Origin: Perkinsela sp. CCAP 1560/9
Taxonomy: Eukaryota; Protista; Euglenozoa: Kinetoplastea
Direction: 5' to 3'
Length of the DNA stretch: 59,270 nucleotides
Assembly (NCBI GenBank): GCA_965644495.1
Contig: CBFFSA010000047.1
Location: forward strand, 1-59,270
In this document: one piece after another, positions 34,386 through 43,373 of the stretch
Position numbering within the stretch: position 1 is the first letter of the stretch
Layout of the letters: each line of letters starts with the position of its first letter
Translations under genes and position numbers: made by a program
Notes under the pieces: generated by a model
Told to the model about the DNA's origin: nothing
Databases searched by the model: none
What the model saw: only the letters and a program-made list of their open reading frames with translations

Positions 34386-37300
34386 TATTTTTTCATACTT
34401 TCCAGTAGAGTAAGTCGGGGGTATGACCCGCATTCAACGGGATTGCCCCCTTTTTAGAAGACAATGTCAATACGTTTCCTCCTCCGACCATGTCGCCTCA
34501 TTTCGGCGAGCCCAGAGTATGTAACTCCCCCTGAGGGCCATCTGTGTCATGCTTTCTCGACACTTTGTGGCCAAAATATGGTCGCCGTTAAAGATGGCAT
34601 TAATATATTTGCATGACCCATTGGGGAATCCCCGGGCACCTATTTCAAAGGCTATTATGTAGGTGTCCGGGTTTTCCTGTCGCCGTGTATGTAAAAGGAT
34701 GTTGTACTTCTCGGATTTTCTCCGATGAGCGTTCTCCGCATTCTCCTCCCATGGGACTGTGAGTTCGATGAGGAACTCTGTCCCATTGTGAAGTTTAATG
34801 TAACCGTCGGGACGGAGCAGTGTATCGTGTTCCCTCAGCCAAGCTGGTGGGTTACGCTCTCCTGGTAGGTCGAAATATGAAAACTCAGTTCCCTGTGCTT
34901 CCCTAATATGTTTCGCAAATTCGGCAAGGACAAGGTTATGACGGAAAGTATATCGTCCTTGCTGAAGTGAAGTGGTGCAGGCGGAAAGGGTGTGTCTGAC
35001 GGTTTGCACTCGGTCGTTGCAAATAGGGCATTTCATGTTACTGTAGGTGCTGCGGCCCCATTGAACAAGCGCTGCTCGGGAAGGGAGCGGTGTAAGAGGG
35101 AAGGGAGCGGTGTCATGACGGATGCTACAAAGCGGGAGATCTTCGCATTCCGGATCCCATTTATGGCAGAAGCGAATTCTTGGGCCATTTCTGGATCCGT
35201 AGGAAACTGCCACCATAGGGCTGCGATGGGCGCGCGTTGCTGCAAGCGCGTGATTATTTCCTCCTCATGTGCTTCACGAAGCCGTTGACGAGTCATTCGG
35301 GGATCATCCAGATGTTCTGTAATTAAAGTAGCGGGTCGTATTTGACCTCTTTGACGTTTGTGTTGCTCTTCCTGTATGCGTATGCGAAGTGTATGTAGGA
35401 CATTTGGATCTTTGGATTTGTTCATTTGCGTCATAGATTCTCCCGTGCATTCGTACCAAAGTTTTGACAGACTCGTAAGGTTCCAGCCTCGGCAAGAGTA
35501 CAGGACTTCAGAGCTTCCGGCACGCGCCATGTTTATCCATTTCCGTATGTGAGACGTGGCTCGCTTCTGAAGGCGTAGCACGGATCCGAATAACGATGGG
35601 TGAAATTAACGACGGGTGAATAACGAACTGAAAACGGAGACGTGAGAGAACGGCATTTTTGTACATCAAAAGCTTAGCGGGAAGGCTGTGGGCACTTTGT
35701 GTGATGTTCTCCATCCACTGTTTTAGTTTTGAGTCGAGTTTACGAAACAGCTCTTTCAGTTGTTGGGACCCCGGTGCCAAGGTCGTCCCGAGGAAGGTGC
35801 TACCGACATCACATATGTGTGGTATGGTCTCTCCGTAGACTTTTATTTCCGGACGTCTTGTCATATAGCCTGGATGTTCCTCGCCTTTACGGGTGCTCAT
35901 GCACTGTATTCGACTCTTGTTCACGTTAATCTTAAGGCTTAGCTCGCCCAGCACTTTGGTAACTGCATCAAGTGCGTGTTGCATGTCTCCGTCGCTTTCA
36001 GTAAGAATAGTTAAGTCATCAGCAAAAGCCTTAAGGAAGTTGTTCAGACCGTTTGGGAGTTTCATACCGAAGTGCGGGCAGGAGAATCGGACATATCGCA
36101 AAACAATTTCCATCACTATCAGGAAGACAATAGGAGAGAGGGTATCCCCTTGGAGGACACCTTTTCGTATAGAGATAGGTTGCGTAAGACCTTCGTAGCA
36201 CTTAATGCGCATGTGCGCATCCGTTAGGGTATTTTTGATGTAGTGGATGACCTCCGGCGGTACTTGGGCCCATTTCAGAGCGGCATGTATGATATGATGT
36301 GGGACAGACCCGAAGGCATTGCTCAGGTCGAGTTGTGCGAGGCAATATTGAGTTTTGTGTTTCTGGTAATGTCGCAGGAGTGAGCAAAGAGTTTGGGTGT
36401 GTTCCAGTGTACCGTTAATGGAAGGGAGAAAGCCTTTTTGTATTTGAGGGTCAATGACATGGTGTTCAGTCAGGTGTTGAGTCAGTCGATGTGCGATGAT
36501 CGTGTGAAAGGTTTTACCTAGAGCACTAGTAAGGGAGATCGGGCGCCAGTTTTTCGGATTTTCTTTGTTACCTGCTTTATATATCAGCCTGGTTACTGCG
36601 GTTTTCCATGATAGCGGGCACACAGAGAAAGTCATTAGATCGTTGAACACAGATGCAAAGTATTCGTGTGTCGATGGGCAGTTTTTGAGTATTTTGTTAG
36701 TTATCGTGTCGGTTCCTGGAGAACTGGCGTTGCGCTTCATTGTGACAGCTGCAGTGACATCCTCACGGGAGATCGGGTTCCATTGCATTGGCTGGCTAGC
36801 TGTCGGACCTAGTAGATCTGAAGGAGGGAGACGCGAGGATTGCTCATTGGGGTTAAAACTTTCTTGAAAGTATGATTCAATGCTAGATCTGTCACAGCTG
36901 GGAAATGCGGTGTTTTCTACCTCTCTTCCGTTAGGCTTATCAATCGTTTCGGATGCCGCGGTCCACGAGTTTCTAGAGAATCTCTGTGCGGCCCATCTTT
37001 CATCTAGATCTCTGCGTTGCATTGTAGCTTCCTCCTCCCTCAGCTTGATCGCTTTGCGACATTCCTTAATTTGTGCCCGCGTTCTCTCGCGTTCCGCCCG
37101 GTTCCTCGTGTAACGTAGCGATCGTTTCATCGTTTCTAAATGGTGTTTGAGATCGGTTACGGTTCTTTCCGCCGCGAGTGGTCGGTATCTACGTCGTGCA
37201 TGTCCGGTACTGGTCCTTATCAGGAAACCTTTCGTCGGATTTGCTTCTATGGCGACTTCATGTGCTGAGACTGCTAATGCGGCACTGAGTAATTCCGCGT

Positions 37301-39542
37301 TTCGTACAGCTGCCTCTTTATCCGGTGTAGGGGTAAGTAGTTGAATGCATCTCTCTTTCGCTCTCGATTCGACAATCCGCCACTGTACCTCATTTAGTCG
37401 TATCGTAACCTTACCTCCGCTTATGGCTTCGTGCTTCTGGAGAAGTTGCGTTTGCAATCTGGTTCGAGAGTAGGCTTCTTGCTCGGGGGAGGCAGGGTAC
37501 TCTGCAGCCGGAGGAGGGCTGTTCGGGTGCTGGATGGCTGCTGCATCGGTCTCTGAGTCTTCGGTGTCTCTTTGCGTAGTGTTCCTCCGGGCATACACTG
37601 GTCCGTATACTTTGCAGCACTTGTGGGCACATTCCACTTTGTTTCGACATGTGTGCTGACACGGGTGCAAACTAAGCTTCGTAGGTGCCCTACTGATAGT
37701 TTGGATGCGGTGAGGGGATGCTTCTCGGCGCGGGTTCTTTTCATAGTGTACGTCTGAGGGATCTTCCTCCCGCTTATGTAGTGTAATATGCAGATGTTGA
37801 AGGAGGGGCACATCCCGTCCGGCAAGAACCTTGAGGATTGCGCGGCCGAGTGCTCCCGCGGAGCTGTATGACTCACCAAGTTTGAAGGTATCATCTTTGT
37901 AGAGGGAAGTCCAGCTGGCGTGCCGTCGGTGTTCTTGCGCGTGCGCTTGTTTTACAACCCTTATGTAGTCACATCCCTGGTGATCCATGAGCTCGTCCAG
38001 TGAGGCTGGCTGAACAATTAGGTCGTGGGAGCTTCCGTTCCCTGAAAGCATTTTACTGAGTGCCGCTTGCGCTGCTTGATGAGAAGCAATTCTGGCCTTG
38101 ACTAGAGGGGATTCGCTGGCGGCCCGGACGTCTGGAAAATACCGCCAGGTGAGATCTGTGAGTGTTCTTATTTTTAAGGGGCGCGCCCGGCTTTGGACAA
38201 AATGAAGATTTTGTTTGTGTTGAAGCGATGCACTCAGTCCAGTAGGTGTTGTGGCGGCGTCATCTAGGTTTCCCGAGTGTTGGTTGTTGAACACCCAGGT
38301 GGGAACTTCGTCCGTGCTTTCTTCCAGTAGGATGTGATGGTCTACGGAGACGCTAGGTACCGGTAGTGGGGAAGGGAGGCGAGCGAGCACCTCGGGATAC
38401 AGAGATTCTGTATTTTGGTTTTCGTATCCAGGGATCTCGTCGTTTTTAGTGGCACTGCATGAGGTAGCTATCGAGGCGTCGTTTTTGCTGTCGCAGTTTG
38501 GTTGCTCGGGAGCGCGATTTTCAAGGTGCAATAGTGGATTCGTACAATTGGGTTCATCATTCTCTGCTTGTACATTATGCGCGCTTGGAGCTTTGGGGGT
38601 AAGGAAGTCTATGTACCAGAGAAAGATGCGTAGTGGTAATTTTACAAGTTCCAAAATGATGGTCGATGTTGATGTCTTCTTGGTCTTCGCAAGTAGCAAC
38701 CAAAGTTCATCGTATTTCCGTGAGACAGGCGTTTTGAAGTTGGAGAGGGTTAGATAGATCTGGTTGATTGCCACTGGAACTAGAGGTATGCTGCTTCGCA
38801 AAAGACTGAGCGCATACCATGTGAGTGCGAATATTAAGTGGACAAGTGTGCAGAATAGTTTCATGAGGTACTTCACGTTATGAAATAGTATTGCAACCTT
38901 GAGGGTCTGCTCCGTGTAGGGGTTGCTCGTTTGATCTGGAGTAGTGTGTACTAAGTGGCGTTTGCAGCAGGCATGCTTGCATGTGTTTTTGTTTAGACAT
39001 TTATGTTTACATGGCTTCGTTTGAGGTGGTTCTGTAGAGTTTCAGCAATATGCAGGTTGGGTTACGAAGTAGGGTATTTTCATGAATATTGTCGCCAGTA
39101 ATGCTTCGATGATGCAATATACTCTCCCGAAGAATCTCGGTGGGGTGCTTATATTCGTCAAGTTCGGTGCTGTAGGAATATCGATTTTGTTTATGCGAGG
39201 CTGTTGCCTCTTACAACACGGGTGAAGACATGTTCGTTTGTTGAGGCACCTGTGTTTACATGGTGTTCCGTGGGTCATGGGGGTTTGCGGTACCATATTT
39301 GCAGTCACTAGTTCGGTTGGCGTGACGCATGATGGTGGTTCGGAGGGGGCACCATTCTCGTCGACGGGACGTCCATGGTCTAAGAGATCAACGGTTGACA
39401 TATCAACGCCGCGTGGTCCTCCCGTAAGGTCCTGCGGCGCATCAGCATGAGTGCAATGTGAAGGGGGTCGCGTCATTGTAACGATAAAGATAAGAGAAAA
39501 AAAACAACAAGGTACAGAAACTGTATCTTTATCGTTCAAATT
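34386..39542 (-). mobile_element. Apparently full-length HERO/NeSL-like non-LTR retrotransposon (SL - 3x Zn finger - RT - CCHC - RLE)
   Basis: One reading path from ATG 39476 to stop 34467, broken by an in-frame TGA (39042-39044), a +1 shift near 35600 and a 14-bp duplication near 35100; same RT/RLE motifs as the plus-strand copy. Confidence 0.95.
39505..39542 (-). ncRNA. Complete spliced-leader (mini-exon) sequence AATTTGAACGATAAAGATACAGTTTCTGTACCTTGTTG at the retrotransposon 5' end
   Basis: 38 nt with the euglenozoan-conserved ACAGTTTCTGTAC core and TTG end; located exactly at the element/flank junction. Confidence 0.85.
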
Positions 39543-39990
39543 ACACGTGTTTCATAAGTGATTTGTTGCGTCCAGAAGGTGCGCCTCTGGCGGCGAAGTG
39601 TTTTCGGCATAAAATGGGTTAGAAAGAGTTAAATGGTATTTTATTCATAGTTTGATGCGCTAAAATGACAAAAAATGATAAAAATCTGATTTTTTGCAGA
39701 ATTTGTGGTTAAGAATTTCAGTAATTTATTCTCAAGTCGTCATATCAGCTTCAGGGGCGGCAACAATGGTGCCAGTAGTCTTAAAATTTCGAGATCTGTT
39801 GAATGCCGTAGGAATTAGGTCAAAAGCTCGCACGATACAAATTTTAGACCCCCTCCACCTTTTTCGTGACCCCCCCTGTATAGTAGCGATGCCGCATTTT
39901 ATGCATACCCCCCTACTATTCGCAATAAAAAAAGTTAAGAACACGATCCTACGAATATTGAGACGCATAGGTTCGCGTAATAAATACGTT

Positions 39991-40602
39991 TCAAGACTCT
40001 TCTTGAATCCACGACGGAGGAATGTTCCACCATGCTCGAGTAGGCATGTGACTGCGGGCTATTGTTCCATTAAGCCCAGGATTCCCTGTTATGTCGAATC
40101 CAGCAACAGGCTTTGCAAGATTCGAGTGCACCAGACAGGAAAGATCCACAAATCCGGTGAATTGACAATTGGATACATTTAACACATCAATGTTGGGAGG
40201 TAAATGGGCAAAGTCCAGCTCTCCTGTGAATAAATTGTTTTGAACCCACAAGTTCAGCAAAAGTTCAGGCAGGGCTGAGAAGTCAACATCGCCACCCAAC
40301 TGATTCGTCATCACCCGGGCTCGTTGTATCGTACGCGGTAAATACAGCCAATGTAATGATCCTTTCAGCGCACGTGAATACCAGCTTACTTCGCTTATAC
40401 TTTTAGATTCGTCACATTCCACACCGTTCCACTCGCAGGCAGGCGTATGCGTATCCCACGAGGGGTGCGGGTTCCTAACATCACGGACAAATTTAGCAAG
40501 TTCGTATTCCTGCGGCAGAGCAACGCCCTTTACCTTACCTGGGCGCGCTGCTGGGGGTGTAGCGTCGGCTGCCTCACACAATAGGAGCGAAGAACGTGGC
40601 AT
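39991..40602 (-). CDS. LRR-family protein (203 aa)
   Basis: Paralog of 26926 and 22505. Confidence 0.9.
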   Translation of the reverse strand: MPRSSLLLCEAADATPPAARPGKVKGVALPQEYELAKFVRDVRNPHPSWDTHTPACEWNGVECDESKSISEVSWYSRALKGSLHWLYLPRTIQRARVMTNQLGGDVDFSALPELLLNLWVQNNLFTGELDFAHLPPNIDVLNVSNCQFTGFVDLSCLVHSNLAKPVAGFDITGNPGLNGTIARSHMPTRAWWNIPPSWIQEES

Positions 40603-41011
40603 AATATTCTCCGGAATGAACTCGGTTGATTAAAGCTACATGTATGTAGTTCTAGAAATAAAGAATTTGCAATTGTAGTTTTATCAATTGTTTTCCATAC
40701 ATAATAAAGCATATTCCAGGATAGTATACCTTGTAGGTATATTAAATGGGTACGGTATACTAAATGTTGTCTAAAAAGCCAAAAAAACGCGGCGCTTCGT
40801 GGCGCATTCCTTATCTGTAGTTGCTAGAAAAATGGTGGATTGGCCTTCAAATAAGATTTCTTGGGTTGCGCTTGCTAGAAAAGTTGCTCTGTCGCTTCTA
40901 AAAATGGGACGTCTACCGCTTATGTTGTGTTGAAGGGGGTAGGTTTGCAAAATGGCCTTGGGTAGTAGGTCCCGAAATTATTAATGATCTTTTTGCGATT
41001 TTTCTTTTTTA

Positions 41012-41106
41012 GGCTCTTCGTTAAACGCGGAGGTAGTTTTCAACGCGAAGCGCGACGCATGAGTGACTTCTAAGTTGAAAACAACTACCGCGTTTAACGA
41101 AGAGGC
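41012..41106. mobile_element. ~95-bp palindromic MITE, copy 2
   Basis: Homologous to 515-609; TIRs and TA flanks. Confidence 0.85.
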
Positions 41107-41131
41107 TAATAAAGAAAAATTGTCATTAATA

Positions 41132-41748
41132 CTACAAATTCATGTATACTTCACGGCGCTGCTCTCCGTTCGACGTTGTAATCTGTGTGTACTGGAAATC
41201 ATAACTCAAGTAGGCGCAGTATAAAGCTACGTCGAAAACCCCATGAAGGTTTCCATTCATTTCTAACGAAAGAACCCGAAGAGTTGAAGGAAGTGAGCTC
41301 AAATCTACGGTCCCGGTAAAAAACATTCGATTACTTAGCAATTGCCTTAACATAGGCGGTAGGCAAAGAAGATTGGGTGTACCAGTGAAATCATTTCCAG
41401 CTATCAAAATATGCGTCATGTTCGGAGGAAACTCTTCAAAAGGAACTTCACCTCGTAAGCCTCACTGCTGTATGTTGAGAAAAACTAAGCTTGCTGGGAG
41501 GTATTTCCAAACTAGTACTCCACGCAGCTCCCGGAGACGCCAATCAATTTTATCAACTTGTTTCTTCTCATTGCATGCAATGCCGACCCATTCACACGCA
41601 GGTGCTTTTTATCTGCGTTTTCAACAAGTCTCTCTAAATTATATTCGTCTGGTAAAGAAATAGAACGGATTTTTGCTGCACGGCGATTGTTTGCAGATTG
41701 AGTGTCTGTCGTACGCAGCGCGCAGGCAAACGCAACGAAGATGAACAT
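41132..41748 (-). pseudogene. LRR pseudogene (frameshifted)
   Basis: KIRSISLPDEYNLERL, PACEWVGIAC and LRR repeats split across frames. Confidence 0.8.
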
Positions 41749-41913
41749 TAAAAGTAGAAAGACAAAAACACACTGAGCTAAAATTATTTTATTCTTTTTT
41801 CGAACACAACTTTATACAACAGTAAAATCGGCACCTTAACGCTCAGTAAATGCTGAAGAACTTAAAATGAGTGCATAATAAGGGTTGCGGAGAGTTTTCG
41901 CGGGAGATATCTT

Positions 41914-42774
41914 TTAAGAACGAACGTGTCCAATGTAAGGAGTACGCACTTTGGGATTGCAGCTTCTCTCCCGGATCCTGCGCAACGCTCCTCCATACCA
42001 CATAATTTGTAGGGCAATGAGCCCATTTAATACGCAGCTGAGTGCATGCTGGGTAGCAAGAACCACTTTTCCTTGATCGAGTGCCACACGGACCAGAGTG
42101 GTAAGAACACGCACCGCAGACCCCGCAGACGAAAGAAAGAACGTTGTAAAACTTAACACCCCGGTGGTATGTCGGGAATAATTGACAATGAGCTGTGGAA
42201 TCCGCGAACACAGCGAGGCGGCGGTTTGTATAGCGAATAAGAAACAGGAGTAGTGAGTAAAAGGCAAAATACGACCCGGGATCACAACAATCCCGGTCAG
42301 AGAGATGAGAAGCGCAGACCAAACAAGCGCCGGATTCCGGGAGTGATCTGCTACGAAATGTTTTGGCACTGTACTCAAACGCGTACCTTGTAGGAATCGC
42401 GGCAATGAAGATATTGATTTCTGAGTATTTTTCGTGGTTATGCGTTGCCTTGTACTTTTGGCTGTTGTCTTTTCCGCTACCGATGGGGTTCGATACCAGA
42501 AATAGAGATAAAGGATTACTGTGTTTTGTGTGAGTAAAATAAGTGCCTCACCAAAATCCCAGAAAGATAATTTGTTTAAAAGCGCAGTCTGAGCTACTGC
42601 GAGAAGTGACAGAATATCAAGCATCACCATGGCCAAGCTGAGATTCTGAACACTTCTTAATTTGATGATTCGAAACAATTGTGGAAATTTCACGGCGGCG
42701 GAGCCTAGAACAATAAAAACGCTTACATAATAGGAGACGAGGTCCATCGTTTCTACATTAACGGGCATATTCAT
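41914..42774 (-). CDS. PQ-loop membrane protein, MPDU1/Lec35-like
   Basis: GSAAVKFPQL..I...SV..LS, F.DFGE, SRIPQL..NY....TG.LSF.T. Confidence 0.9.
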   Translation of the reverse strand: MNMPVNVETMDLVSYYVSVFIVLGSAAVKFPQLFRIIKLRSVQNLSLAMVMLDILSLLAVAQTALLNKLSFWDFGEALILLTQNTVILYLYFWYRTPSVAEKTTAKSTRQRITTKNTQKSISSLPRFLQGTRLSTVPKHFVADHSRNPALVWSALLISLTGIVVIPGRILPFTHYSCFLFAIQTAASLCSRIPQLIVNYSRHTTGVLSFTTFFLSSAGSAVRVLTTLVRVALDQGKVVLATQHALSCVLNGLIALQIMWYGGALRRIRERSCNPKVRTPYIGHVRS

Positions 42775-43373
42775 GGATCACCACGTTTTCTAAGGCTAAG
42801 TTACGGATCACGCTAATGAAATTAGAATTATTACTGAATCATAATACTTTTCTATGATTTTTTCTGTTCCCTCCCTATTATGTAAACGAAGGGTTTGTGC
42901 ACGAATTCTACTTCTATTTCTCACTTGAATTTTGTAACTATTTGTACATCGCAGTATTATGAGCTACATCGTAGCTAATAATATTTGGGTTATGCAGAAA
43001 TCGCTAAATCGCAGAGTACATTCTACTAAAAATATGGGGTCCTCTCATTATGGTTTTACATTGAACTGCGAAGATCCATACATCGCGAAAGACAAATTCA
43101 ATTGGTACGAAGGCGTCCTTTGCACCTGTTGCATAAAGTTGGATTCCGCCATTCAGTTGTGTTCTGTCCTTTAAACATCCGTCGAGAACTCAACGCCGTG
43201 CATCCTGTTTGGGCTATAACATACGACACTCCTCGGACATTTCAACAGAATCCTGCACGTACCTATCTTCTCGAAAACTTCCCAACCCAGTACCAAATAC
43301 AGTACAAGTCGGGATATCTCTCCATTCAGCGTTCAATGTCTCTTTTCCGCTGTTCTCTTCCGCCATTTTCTTC

